This document shows, piece by piece, positions 1 through 14,363 of a stretch of 64,000 nt of DNA. Both the position numbers and the translations under genes were made by a program. Every line of letters starts with the position of its first letter. Within the stretch, counting starts at the first letter, position 1. Source of the stretch: Eledone cirrhosa (taxonomy: Eukaryota); NCBI GenBank assembly GCA_964016885.1, contig OZ024742.1, positions 232,066,001 to 232,130,000 on the forward strand. Direction: 5' to 3'. The notes under the pieces are model-generated. The model worked only from the letters and a program-made list of their open reading frames with translations, was not told the origin of the DNA and made no database searches.

Positions 1-324
1 CCTTCACAGATTGTTTACAGGATTTTTTAAAATAATTATTACAAGTGTAAATTATTTTCTTTTAAAAGAGATTAGAAATCTAAACTAGAAAGAGGTAGTC
101 ATGACAGCCCCATCTTCTTCAGAGAGATCAATCTGCCACTATATTCATTATCCAATGCATCTATCATTGTTTATGACAGTAGTTTGATTTAAAGGAGGTT
201 TGGGTGCTATTCTCTGCAGGCCAAGCAAACACAGAGGCTCCTTAGTTGGTTGGAGGGGAAAGGTCATGCTTCCCTAAATTTCGCCAAGACTACACCTGAT
301 ATTCCACCTCCATACACACGCACG

Positions 325-440
325 ACTCGTACACTTTCCTGTCATTTGGACATTATTCTATGTACTATACATGCACCTTTGAAGAGTTGTAGTGCACCTG
401 AGCACTGTACATAATAATTTTCATTATATTATTATTATTA
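325..440 (+). repeat. Dispersed retroposon 3' tail with (ATT)n end; other copies at ~11228-11340 (-) and ~30045-30135 (+)
   Basis: Shared sequence CATTATTCTATGTACTATACATGCACCTTTGA...GAGCACTGTACA...ATTTCATTATTATT in three places. Confidence 0.7.
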
Positions 441-674
441 AATGTGGATGGCATTGTCTTTGAACTGATATGTGTACATGTGTAGTAGAGTGCTTCTATT
501 TAGCAAAAATAGTTTGAGTACAGAGCTCTACTGAAAATGGAGGGGCAGCAAAATCACATAATTCCTTGCATTTTAAAGAGAAATTAGAATCTTTATTGTA
601 TAATAAAGACACAAACAATAGTGAGAAAGAGACTGTATTTAATATGGAGGATGAGGCTCTTTCCCTATCTTCTT

Positions 675-1012
675 TACATGTATGACTACATGGGTATACA
701 TGTATATGACTGTGTGTATGGCTGTATGTATACACATATATAACTGTATGTATATGACTGCATGTGTATCATGCACATATACCTGTATGTATATAATTGC
801 ATGTGTATATATGTATGTACATTTACATCACTGTATATAGATGTGTATCACTATATATACATGGATATGATTATGTACATATATATACAATTATAACTGT
901 ATAACATGTATACATGCGTATGATTGTCCATGTTTATGACTATGTACATGAATATAACTATATATGTGCATCTGATTGCATATATAAATGTATATAACTG
1001 TAGATGACTGTA
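675..1012. repeat. Degenerate TA/TG-rich simple repeat
   Basis: Repeated GTATATATGACT-like units. Confidence 0.7.
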
Positions 1013-1180
1013 TCATCATCATCGTTTAACGTCCATCTTCCATGTTAGCATGGGTTAGACGGTTTTGTTCCATTTGATGCGGGAATAGTCGGGAGACCAT
1101 GTCTCGCTCTCACGGAAGCATCTCTGGCAGGTTTTTCTTTTTTTTACAGCTGGATGCCGTTCCTAACACCAACCACAGTT

Positions 1181-1225
<45 letters not shown>

Positions 1226-1332
1226 TCATGTATTATGAGTGAGACACGATCACCCGACCCAACTTGCCTCTAATGGAACAAACCCATCTAACCGATGCTA
1301 ACGTGGAAAATGGACATTAAACAATGATGATG
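1013..1332. mobile_element. Two oppositely oriented fragments of the (GAT)n-tailed SINE family around a TG/TA microsatellite
   Basis: CATCATC-GTTTAACGTCCATCTTCCATGTTAGCATGGGTTAGACGG at 1013 is the approximate reverse complement of CCATCTAACCGATGCTAACGTGGAAAATGGACATTAAACAATGATGATG ending at 1332. Confidence 0.8.
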
Positions 1333-2389
1333 TATATGTCTGTATGTATATTACTGTATATAATCCTCTCAGAGGATTTATAATTCCTAAAAAATATTCG
1401 TTTCCTTCATCTCCTCCTAGCTAGTTTATCTTGTGACACTCTACTATCGTTCGGTTGACCAGTGTCTTATCAGTAAAATTTGATAAACAGAAACTGCAGA
1501 AGCACATCAAATACGAGAGAAGAAAAACGATAAAATAAAATGGATGAAAAAAATATTCTATAGTATTTAATGGGCTGAAGTGGTCTAATCACTCCCAGGT
1601 TAGCCTTTTCACCAGAAATGCTACTAACAAGAGTTTAGCACCTTAGAAACTTAAAACCAATGATGCTAGTGTTTACATAATGCATGATATCAAACCATCG
1701 AAATACAAATACGAAATAGAGGTAGAGAATTTCTTTTTCTTTTGGGGTTAGACAAGCCAAGGGAGATAATCAAGAGGGCATTATAAAGACTTCAAATTAT
1801 AGTTATGCATGCTCATCAATTAGTTAATACAACTCTTTATACAGAAGATTAGAAAAAATGTACATAGGATAGATTAAGGATACAGTTCCTATTTCCAGTT
1901 TCATATAATTTTCCCAATAAAAACTTCAAATAAATCACATCAAAAAGTAAAGTAATAACAATATACAAAATTATACCAAAATTTCATAGATTGTCATTTA
2001 ATTTAATACGTTTTCAAAAGATAAGACACAATTTGATCATTTTAAACATATTTTATAAAAGATTAGTTTAAAGTACCTGTACAATTTAACATTGAAAAAC
2101 GTAAAAAGTTAATCATATGACAGGCCAAAATAATGTATAATCAATTTACAATGACAATATTCAAATCATGAGGACTGTCAACACACATTCAAAATTATTT
2201 CCATCAGTAATAATTGAAAAATGGTATATAGTAAGTATAGGATTGAATTTTAGTTTTACTGATGAGAGAAAAAATTTCAGATCGACTAGTAGTAATAATA
2301 GAAAAAAAAAAACCAAAAGAATGTATCCACTTTTCTATTACATATATTTCATTTATATTATATATTCCCCACATACATATTATATGTGT

Positions 2390-4294
2390 ATTATATATAT
2401 ATATATATATACATACATACATACATTGCAAATATATATATATTAGATATATATAATATAATATATATCATAAATATATATATATATGTAATATAATATA
2501 TATCATAAATATATATATATTATCATAAATATACATATAATTTATGTTACAAAGATATATATTATATGTAATATAATATATATCATAAATATATATATAT
2601 ATGTAATATTATATATATCATAAATATATATATATATGTAATATTATATATATCATAAATATATATATATATGTAATATTATATATATCATAAATATATA
2701 TTATCTATATATATAGACATATATATAAAATGTTTAAATATAAATATTATATATATAGACATATATGTTATAAATATATATATTATATATATAGACATAT
2801 ATATGTTATAAATATATATATTATATATATAGACATATATATGTTATAAATATATATATTATATATATAGACATATATATGTTATAAATATATATATTAT
2901 ATATATAGACATATATATGTTATAAATATATATATTATATATATAGACATATATATGTTATAAATATATATACATATATATATAATATATAGACATATAT
3001 ATTATAATTACATATATATTATATACATATATATCATATATATATAATATATAGACATATATATTATAATTACATATATATTATATACATATATATCATA
3101 TATATATAATATATAGACATATATATTATAATTACATATATATTATATACATATATATCATATATATATATATATTATATACATATATATCATAATTACA
3201 TATATATTATATACATATATATCATATATATATATATATATTATATACATATATATCATATATATATGTTATATATATATATTATATACATATATATCAT
3301 ATATATATAATATACATATATTATATACATATATACATATATATATATATGTTATATACATATATTATATACATATATACATATATATATATATGTTATA
3401 TACATATATTATATACATATATACATATATTATATACATATATACATATATATATATATGTTATATACATATATTATATACGTATATACATATATATATA
3501 TATGTTATATACATATATTATATACGTATATACATATATATATATATGTTATATACATATATTATATACGTATATACATATATATATATATGTTATATAC
3601 ATATATTATATACGTATATACATATATATATATATGTTATATACATATATTATATACATATATGTTATATACATATATTATATACATATATATATATGTT
3701 ATATACATATATTATATACATATATTATATACATATATTATATACATATATATATGTTATATATATTATATACATATATTATATACATATATATATATGT
3801 TATATATATTATATACATATATATCATATATATATATATATGTTATATATATATATTAAATACATATATATCATATATATATATATATATATTAAATACA
3901 TATATATCATATATATATATTAAATACATATATATATCATATATATATATATATATGTTATATATATATATTAAATACATATATATCATATATATATGTT
4001 ATATATATATATATATTAAATACATATATATCATATATATATATATATAATATATGTTATATATATATATTAAATACATATATATCATATATATATATAT
4101 AATATATATGTTATATATATATATTAAATACATATATATATATATATAATATATGTTATATATATATATTAAATACATATATATCATATATATATATATA
4201 TAATATATATGTTATATATATATATTAAATACATATATATCATATATATATATATATAATATATATGTTATATATATATATTAAATACATATAT

Positions 4295-4335
<41 letters not shown>

Positions 4336-4652
4336 TGTTATATATATATATTAAATACATATATATATATATATATATGTTATATATATATATATATTAA
4401 ATACATATATATCATATATATATATATAATATATATGTTATATATATATATTAAATACATATATATATATATATATATATATGTTATATATATATATATA
4501 TTAAATACATATATATCATATATATATATATATATATATATATGTTATATATATATATTAAATACATATATATCATATATATATATATCATATATATATA
4601 TATATATATTATATACATATATATATATATATATATTATATACATATATATC

Positions 4653-4687
<35 letters not shown>

Positions 4688-4724
4688 CATATATATCATA
4701 TATATATATATATACATATATATC

Positions 4725-4770
<46 letters not shown>

Positions 4771-4798
4771 CATATATATCATATATATATATATATAT

Positions 4799-4834
<36 letters not shown>

Positions 4835-6322
4835 ACATATATATCATATATATATATATATATTATATACATATATATCATATATGTATATATATATATA
4901 TATATTATATACATATATATCATATATATCTATATATATATATTATATATCAAATATATCATATATATATAATATACATATATATCATATATATATAATA
5001 TACATATATATCATATATATATAATATACATATATATCATATATATATATATATAATATACATATATATCATATATATATATATATTATATATCATATAT
5101 ATCATATATATATATATATATTATATATCATATATATCATATATATATATATATATATTATATATCATATATATCATATATATATATATATATATTATAT
5201 ATCATATATATCATATATATATATATATATATTATATATCATATATATCATATATATATATATATATATTATATATCATATATATCATATATATATATAT
5301 ATATATTATATATCATATATATATATATATATATATTATATATCATATATATCATATATATATATATATATATTATATATCATATATATCATATATATAT
5401 TATATATCATATATATCATATATATATATATATTATATATCATATATATCATATATATTATATATCATATATATCATATATATATATATATATTATATAT
5501 CATATATATCATATATATATATATATATTATATATCATATATATCATATATATATATATATATATTATATATCATATATATCATATATATATATATATAT
5601 TATATATCATATATATATATATATATTATATATCATATATATATATTATATATCATATATATATATATATCATATATATCATATATATATATATATATAT
5701 CATTTATATCATATATATATATATATCATATATATATATATATATATCATATATATCATATATATATATATATATCATATATATCATATATATATATATA
5801 TATCATATATATCATATATATATATATATATCATATATATCATATATATATATATATCATATATATCATATATATATATATATTATATATCATATATATC
5901 ATATATATATTATATATCATATATATCATATATATATTATATACATATATATCATATATATATTATATACATATATATCATATATATATTATATACATAT
6001 ATATCATATATATATTATATACATATATATCATATATATATTATATACATATATATCATATATATATTATATACATATATATCATATATATATATATATA
6101 TATATATTATATACATATATATATATTATATACATATACATATATTATATACATATACATATATATATTAAATACATATATATATATATATATTATATAT
6201 ATATACTCTATATATATATTATTTACATATATATATATATATTATATATATACTCTATATATATATTATTTACATATATATATATATATAATGCACATTA
6301 TAAATATATATATATATATATA
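2390..6322. repeat. ~3.9 kb compound (TA)n-derived minisatellite array
   Basis: Blocks of units such as ATAGACATATATATGTTATAAATATATATATTAT, then TTAAATACATATATATCAT, then TATCATATATATCAT. It accounts for all the Y/I-rich pseudo-ORFs. Confidence 0.98.
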
Positions 6323-6517
6323 GTTTATATTAAAGTTCAAACACCTAACATGTATGCGCGACCTTAGGTTTCAGTGCCCAGTTTTTGGCTACCACTGTAT
6401 AGTGGAGTAGCGGTTCTAAAACCAGCCTCTCATCGGCACAAGACAGACACATCCATTATGTAATATATATATATATATATTACATAATGTATATATATAT
6501 TACATAATATATGTGTG

Positions 6518-6548
<31 letters not shown>

Positions 6549-6879
6549 TACATATATTAAATACAAATTTATATAATATTATATATAATGCCTTATATAT
6601 AAAACTCTGATAGGTTTCAGCCAGTATTGGCCCAGGTCATGACTAAATAGCATGACTCCTATGTACATCTATATCACTCTCTTTCTATATATACATATAC
6701 ATATACCTGTATACATCTGTGTGTTATATATTATTATGTTCCGACATTTTGAGCTTGACTGAGATCTCTTTGACAGTGATCCCAATTTATTGTTTTATTT
6801 GCTGACGCATCATGATATATGTGCAGCTCAAATATTTGTGCATGTGAATATAAATGCAAGTGTGAGCGTGTATATTATT

Positions 6880-7207
6880 ATTGTTGGACCTCTGTCATTT
6901 CCAACAAGTTCTCTAGTTGATTCAATTAACAGAACTGCCAACTCATGAAATTATGGTGTAAGTGGTCTTAGCATTCCACTGATATGTGCACCCTTAATGT
7001 ATTTCTCAGGGAGATTCAGCACAATACAATGTGTGACAAGGTAGCCCTTTGAGTTACAAGTACAACTCGTGTTTGCTAACTCAGCAGACTGGAGTACTGT
7101 GAAATAAAGCATCTTGTTCAGAGAGACAATGTGTCACCCAGTCCAGGCATCAAACTCACAACTGATCGTGATCTGAACACCCTGACCACTAAACGATGTG
7201 CCTTCAC
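6880..7207 (-). mobile_element. tRNA-derived SINE (old family); related copies at ~30790-31125 (+), 38390-38535 (-), 48085-48330 (+)
   Basis: tRNA-like head on the minus strand plus shared body TGAATCTCCCTGAGAA-TTACATTAAGGGT seen in several copies. Confidence 0.65.
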
Positions 7208-7421
7208 TATATATGTCTATATAGTTGTTATGTTATGGTTTTATTTTTCCTACTAGAATTATCACAATCATGAACGGACTGACATACTCTCGTTTCTCAT
7301 TCATGCATGAAATCATGCGTAGAAAACAAAAATCTGTACAAATAAATATATTGCCTGGTAATCATTTATTTATCATTTATAAATGTTTCTATTTTAAAAT
7401 ATTTCTTTAATAATAATAATA

Positions 7422-7625
7422 TTATTCTTTTTCAGCCAACTCATTTACAAAATCATCAAAGTCCCTAGAATTGGTTTCAAAAGCTTGCAGTTGATTGGTC
7501 ACATCTTGCAATGTCTCGGCTAATGTGAATTCCTCTTTGCATATTGAGAGTGCTGGTACTCCTTGTGTCTCTTGGTAGCAGCGCCATAAATCACTGCATG
7601 TATCTTCACCAGCAAAAGGAGGAAT
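7422..7625 (-). CDS. ATG13: ATG13 last coding exon (ULK1/Atg1-binding C-terminal tail) with TAA stop
   Basis: Acceptor TTCAG|ATT. IPPFAGED...SDLWRCYQE...FETNSRDFDDFVNEL parallels recalled human KPAFSKDD...DLGTFYREF...HEKNVREFDAFVETLQ. Confidence 0.93.
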   Translation of the reverse strand: MPPFAGEDTCSDLWRCYQETQGVPALSICKEEFTLAETLQDVTNQLQAFETNSRDFDDFVNELAEKE

Positions 7626-8711
7626 CTGAAGGTAAAAACAAACATGCAAAATAATTTCCTGCTTATAATTCAGCTAAATCATTTCTTGTTTCATACATAT
7701 TAGCCAGATTATCACGGTGATTAAATTACGAGTTAATAACTGCTATTATATTTATAACTACTGCTATACCCTCAACAGCACCTTAAGTTGTTTTCTGAAA
7801 TGTATATATAATTATATTTCTTTTTTCTGACGTGCCAAAATGCCATCCCAGTTGGTTGAGCAAAGAACTTCTAAGCACTCGAAATGGAAGAAAGCTGCTT
7901 AAGGGGAAGACCATGGGAGACATGGAAAGAAGTGGTGTAAGGTTAATATCTCCTGAGGCTAGATCCCACAAAGAAGCTGACAATGGACTGCAACAAGGTG
8001 TGAGATGCTGTGCTGAAGAAAACCAGTTTAACGAAAGCAAGCATGAAGAAATGGGATGTAAAGATACTGATAAATAATGAATGCAACACACACACACATT
8101 ATATGAATAAAAATACACAATCATGTATGCATGCACACATGAATGAATGAATGAATGAATGTTAACGCATTAGTGCAACACCAAGTTTTGCTTTTGGCTT
8201 AGCAGAAAGTAGTGATTTAATATAGAACATACATCCATATATACATATAATTTGGGTACTTGAAGTAAGCCCCCCAAAAAGATTGAAAGTAAGTATATAA
8301 TTTGAATCGGGTGTCAGGAATAAATAGTGATAGTGTTTATAAATGAACAGTGTTAGACAGTGGAAGAGTAGAAAGAAAAAAAAGAGAAACGAATAGAAAA
8401 AATGTCCCACCAACATAAATTTCCATGTTTTACCAACACATGTAATACTGTATTTCTACCTCACATTATATTCCCTATTTTAGTCTTTATGTTATTTCTC
8501 CTTCAGTTTATCCTCATTTATTCTCAAGTTTGACTGCAATTTTCTAAACAAACTACATATACAAGTTCTCTTTAAACCTTTCCATTACCATATGATCTGA
8601 AACCGCTCATTGTTCTATGATGCAAAACTGTTTCAATTTATGTAAGAACCTTTGTTAAATTATGTTCCAAACACCAACTACTAATGAGAAACTTAGTTAT
8701 AAAATTTTGCA

Positions 8712-9402
8712 TTGGTATTTCTACATAGCAGTATACATATAAATGTACATATTGTATATTGAATAATATATGAGATGTTTATGAAAAATATTTGAAAGCC
8801 TTTCACTATGAATTTTTAAGGTTGTGAGCATCGACACACACCCAGCCACAGCAAAAACGGGGGAAGTAATCGACAATGCCATTGTTTCTTACTTATTAGC
8901 ATTTATCAAGACTACATATCTCATTTTTGTTGAGGTTAAAATAAGCTAGAATCTTATAGATTTCTGCTTATATTTATGAGCTGATGAAATTCATTTGCAC
9001 ATGGAGCAGTAGCTGGCTAGGCTTAAAATAAAAAAAATTGTATTGGTGCTCCTACATAGCAGTATACATATAAATGTATATATTGTATATTGACTAATAT
9101 ACGGGATGTTTATGAAAAACATTTGAAAGTCTCTCACTATGAATTTTTAAGGTTGTGATGGTTGTCCCTCACCCAGCCTCAACAAAAATAGAGGGAAGTA
9201 ATCAACAACGACATCGTTTTTTAAGACTACATATCTCCCTGCTTTTGTTGAGGCTAAATTAGCTAGATCTTATAGATTTTTGCTTATGTTTATGAGCTGA
9301 TGAAACTCATTTGTATACGGAGCGGTAGCCGGCCTGGCTTAAATAAAAAAAATTTGTATTGGTGCTCCTACACAACGGTATACAAATAAATGTACATATT
9401 GG
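8712..9402 (+). repeat. Tandem ~330-bp unit (2 copies plus a partial third) nested inside a TTAA-type MITE
   Basis: CTACATAGCAGTATACATATAAATGTA recurs at ~8721, ~9052 and ~9368. MITE halves lie at 8573-8710 and 9405-9501. Confidence 0.85.
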
Positions 9403-10241
9403 ATGTTTATTACTAAATTCCTCCAAATTCTTGAATATTTTCAAAATTATTTGAAAATCATTGAGTGCCTTTCATGAGAAATATAGTCATGAAAGAGTTA
9501 AAACAATTCACTATAAAATCAACTATGTCTCTTCACACTTTTTTTCTACATCCAACCTATCTTTCAATCTCATGTAGCATTAATATAAGCAAAATTTTAA
9601 ATCTACAAATATTTCCTTTAATCATTGTCTCCTTCATCGCTTACAGCTAAACCCCTACTTCTTTCTATGTTTCCTATATTTCCTTTTCGTTTTCTTTATT
9701 CCTTTATACCTACTGTGTATCACCTTCTTTAAAATGGTTCTACAAAGGCTAATACTATCTTTATTCCCAACAACCAATCAAACTTCATATTTAATTTTAA
9801 CTGCTTTGTGACATCATAAGTGAACCAAAATTGCTGTTCAGAATGCAGACATTTAGTTAGTAGCAGCTACGATGGTAGAAATAAAAGTAAAAATATCAAT
9901 ATATATGATAAAGTTATATCTGTATAAATAGAGCGTATAACCGAGACTGCATGAATTGTGTGTGTGTGTGTGTGTGTGTGTATCATCTCTTACTCTACTG
10001 GACAGTATTTTGGCTTGTGTCAGATGCTGAGACCCTGAGTGGACCAGCAGTACTGTTGGTAGGGGAAGAAACTGCCAAAGTCCATCTCAACAGTCGATGA
10101 CCCTAGAGTTCTGTATCTTTCATTTGTTTTTTGTTTTTTTTAATAAATAATTCTTTAAGTTTCACCTTAAAAAGTTGTTTTTCGTTTTGTCTTCTTTTTG
10201 TTTGTTTTTCTTGTCCTCGCTTTGTTAATTTTCCTTAGTTT

Positions 10242-10292
<51 letters not shown>

Positions 10293-10338
10293 CTTGGCGC
10301 AGCCAAAGCTTCCATTTTACTAAGCTTCCACTTGTATT

Positions 10339-10547
10339 ATTATCTCCTAGACGGTGGATTGGCAGTATCGGTAGAGGGCTGGACGCCATGCTTTCCAGCA
10401 TAGTTACGTCCCTTTACGATCTGAGTTCAAATCCCGCCGAGGTTGACTTTGCTTTTCATCCTTACGGGGTTGATAAAATAAAGTACCAGTAATGCACTGG
10501 GTAATTGCTGGCCTTGTGCCTAAAGTAGAAACAATTATCTCCTAGAC
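10339..10547 (+). mobile_element. Young ~185-bp tRNA-derived SINE (Meta-domain-like), full length with 14-bp TSD
   Basis: B-box GAGTTCAAATCC and core GTTGACTTTGC-TTTCATCCTTACGGGG-GATAAAATAAAGTACCAG. TSD ATTATCTCCTAGAC on both sides. The Meta-domain assignment is from recall. Confidence 0.9.
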
Positions 10548-11194
10548 CTAATAATTAATTAATTAATTAATTTAATTAGACAATTTTGTTGATTGGTTAA
10601 TTATTTATGTTTGTTTAATAACGTCTAGTTGAGAGCTTTTATTCGGAATGTTGAGCGGAATTATTTTCCTTTGTTAACACTTTGAATTTACCCGCCAAAA
10701 ACCGGGGGTTACTTCCCTTGTTGGAAATAACACATGACAACGAAATGACTGAAGGCTGTCTATTGTAGCAGTTGCATTGAGTTACAGTTCACACCGGTTT
10801 GAGGCCTAGAACGAAATACCTGTCGATGAGGTGAATCCCCAGTTCGATCATAGAATACGTATTACGTAAGTTGGACTGATGATTTCAGATTCATAGAAAC
10901 ATATCGGACGTATTGCAGAATATCGTTCCATTTGTCCAGGTCTGTTGTCTCACCTGATTAGTTTTTTCTTTGTCTTGGTATTGTATAGCTGGGTTTTGCC
11001 TGCCGCAATTTTCAATTTGTCAAGCTATCTAAACATAATATTATTACTCTTATTGAGTGCTTTGCTACTCATTCCTAATTCATCATCATCACCGTTTTAC
11101 GTCCGTTCTTCCACGCTAGCATAGGTTAGACGGGTAGGTCAATTTTGCTTGGCCTCAGCCAAAGCTTTGATTTTACTAAGCTTCCACTTGTGTA

Positions 11195-11254
<60 letters not shown>

Positions 11255-11708
11255 AATTATTGTGTACAGTGCTCAGGTGCACTACAACTCATCAAAGGTG
11301 CATGTATAGTACATAGAATAATGTACAAATGTCAGGAAAATATATATATAAACACGCATATCTAATATGTAGGCATATAAACATGCCAGAAAATAAGTAT
11401 TTCCCTGTAAATTTAAAAAAATGATAAACATCTTTAATCGATTTTCTGATTTAATTGGACCCCCACAGAAGGCGTGTATGCCATCCAATCAAACACGAGG
11501 AAATATGTATTTGAGGTCATTCTGGGGCACAGCCCTTAGTATATATACCCATTTGCTTATAGCATTATTCTGAAATGAACATACTGATTTGCATATAATT
11601 AGTGGTCGTGTTGGTAACTAATTAAGATATTTTTAATTTACAGAAAAAACACACGGTGCAGTCTCAGTTACACACTGTAATTATACAGATATAAATTTAG
11701 CATACACT

Positions 11709-12198
11709 GGGGGGGGGGGGGGTAAATCGGAGAGGTGAAACAGAGAGAGAAGCAATGAGAGGGGATTGGGAGAAAAGAGAGAGGAGGAAGAGGAGATAAA
11801 AGAAAAGAGGGGAAGGAAAGAGAGAAGAGAAAGGATGGGAAGGGGAGATAGAAGAGGGGGGGGGTAGAAGAAAGGGGAGAGGAGAGGAAGGAGAGATAGA
11901 AGAGAAGGGAGGGGAATGAGAGAGATGAGAAGGAAGGGGAAGGAGAAGTGGGAGAAGGGCAAAGAGAAGAGAGGGGAAGGGCAAAGAGAAGGGAAGAGAA
12001 GAGGAAAGGGAGAAGAGAAGGGAGAAGGGGGAAGAGAAGGGAGGAGAAGGGGGAAGAGAAGGGAGGAGAAGGGGGAAGAGAAGGGAAGAGAAGGGGGAAG
12101 AGAAGGGAAGAGAAGGGGGAAGAGAAGAGAGGAGAAGGGGAAAGAGAAGAGAGGAGAAGGGGAAAAAGAGAGAGGAAAGGGAGGGAGAAGAGAGAAAG
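11709..12198. repeat. Poly-G run followed by a ~460-bp almost pure polypurine (GA-rich) tract
   Basis: Direct reading; units such as GGGGGAAGAGAAGGGAAGAGAA. Confidence 0.95.
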
Positions 12199-12224
12199 AT
12201 TTCGAACTGGCTGATAAAGAATGT

Positions 12225-12845
12225 AAACTTTGCATGTTGTGAATGCACAGGAGCAGTAAGCAGCAAGTGCTTACATGTGACATATCAAATGTTCAGATGG
12301 CTCCCTCGAGTGGTTAACAACTTCTGCTACATAGGTAAATTAATTAACAGTGGAGGGTGAATATTCTGAAAGTACAGTAACTAGAGAGAGAACAGGGTGG
12401 AAAAAGTTCAGGGAGCTACTACCTTTACTGGCTACAAAGGGTTTCTCCCTCAGTACAAAAAACAGATTGTATGATACATAAGTGATAACTGCAATGCTGC
12501 ATCTTAGTGAGACTTGAGCTTTGTATGCAAAGGATCTGTGATAATTGGTTAGACATGAGGCAAGCATGCTCCATTAGTTGTATAATAGCAATGTGTATGA
12601 ACAGCGAAGCATTAACAAACTAAGAGAAAAATTATGAATAAAAGGGATTAGGTGTAATGTAAAAGAAAGAAGACTACATTGGTACAAACATGTGATATAT
12701 ATATGGAGGATGACAACCGCAGAAGAGGCAGACTTAGAAAAATTTGGGATGATTTGGCTTGACTATGAGTGGGATGAAATGAGAATGGTGAAGATAGAAG
12801 TAAAAAGCAGAGAGGTGTAACGACATTCAAGTCTTCCATCTCCTC
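12225..12845 (+). mobile_element. Decayed 3' fragment of an RTE-clade LINE (same family as 18600-21180)
   Basis: Frame FCYIGKLINSGG*YSES...GWKKFRELLPLLATKGFSL...AMLHLSET* aligns by eye with 20760-21000. Confidence 0.85.
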
Positions 12846-14363
12846 TCACCACATTTCATCTTCCTTTTCGCGCACTTGATTTCCCCTACCCTACCTTAGT
12901 CTTCCCTTCATTCATATCCCTGATTCCTCTCGAATCCACGCTGGCATGGAAAGACAGATGCACCTCCACAATGTACTGCTCACTCACTTTCTCTTTCCAA
13001 GACTACCATGACCCAACACATTTTCCCTCCACTCACAAACCTAAATTCCCATTTTCTTGTCCAGCCTTGCCAGCATGGAAAGATTGGTGCATCCAAAAAT
13101 CTACCACTAGACATCACTCTCTTTAAGACCACCTTTCCATCTCACTTCCCCAGTTGATAAGCTACATACTCCTACCCCTCCCTCATTTTCACCACATACT
13201 CCTATCACTCTCATCTCAGCCTGGTCAAGGACACAACAGCACAGTGCACAAAGTAGTTGTCATTAGGAAGAGCATGCAGCCATAGAAACCATCCCAAAAA
13301 GGGACACGATAAATTCACCCAATACATGCTGTAAAAACGGTTGGTGATAATAAGAGCATCCAGTCATAGAAATCCTGCCAAAGGGTTGGAAGGACCTTCA
13401 GTTGTGCCAAAGACACAACCTCTCTGGTGCACTCAATAAAACCTGAAACTGTAGGTAAGCGTACAGACTCCCCAGTCTGTCTGGGAAGTCAATAGCCCTA
13501 CTTCATTACTGACTTGAGCTAAGTAGACCCATCCATCCCTTGCAAGCAGGGAAAGTGGACATTAAACGATGAAGGTGATGATGATGTATAAATACATAAC
13601 TGCACATGTGCATATAACGAGAGATAAAAAGTGAAATGAAATTTACAGTTTACACCTATCCAGTTTTAGCTGACCTCTTATGAAGTTGCATCTCATGGGT
13701 TCTTTTAGTGTTTTAATGACAGGTACCCCAATACAATCATGAAAAGCAGCGTGACATGAAGTGATTTGTTCAAGAAAACAACACACTACCCTGTCCAGGA
13801 ACTGATCCCATGGCCTTATAATCCTGAGCCCAACATCCTACCCATAAGCTATAAGAGAGTGAATGAAATGAGTCTATAAAGTGGTTAGTAGTGGAAAGGA
13901 CATCCAGTTATTAAAAAGGTGAAGAAAGAATGGAGGGGTCAGAGATTTTGTAAGACACTGCAAAAATAACCCCTCTTGAATAGAAACTGATATAGGTTAA
14001 CAGGAACACTTTAGTCCTGTCACAAACAAGCTGTCTAGAGCTGATAGCACTATAAAATGCACCCAGTTCAAGGAGTACAATGGTGAAGAGAAAAACATCC
14101 AGTCCCAAATCATGCAAAAGAAAAAAATACACACACACACACACAACAAAGATTGACAATTTTCTGTCACTGTCTACAAAATGAAGAAACATGACTGATG
14201 TCATGATACAAGAACAGAGTTTTCCAACACAAACCAGCATGAGAAAAACAGACATAGAATGATAATGAGATGGGATGGGGGAAGGGTGAAGGGTGAAGAG
14301 AAGGATGGACAGACTGACGACAGCTGAATGGACAAACAGATAGATGGATAGAATAAAACTTAC

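Noticed and set aside
3349-5024. Long Y/I/H-rich ORFs
   Set aside because: Translations of the TA minisatellite.
7783-8136. ORFs in the last intron
   Set aside because: No recognisable homology or fitting splice sites; probably an old repeat.
10353-10450. tRNA-like A/B boxes
   Set aside because: SINE heads with TSDs and no full cloverleaf; the same applies to the other copies.
10870-10915. CTGATGA...GAAAC hammerhead-like core
   Set aside because: Stems I-III do not pair convincingly.
11681-12283. S/P/L/F-rich and R/E/G/K-rich ORFs
   Set aside because: Translations of the polypurine tract.
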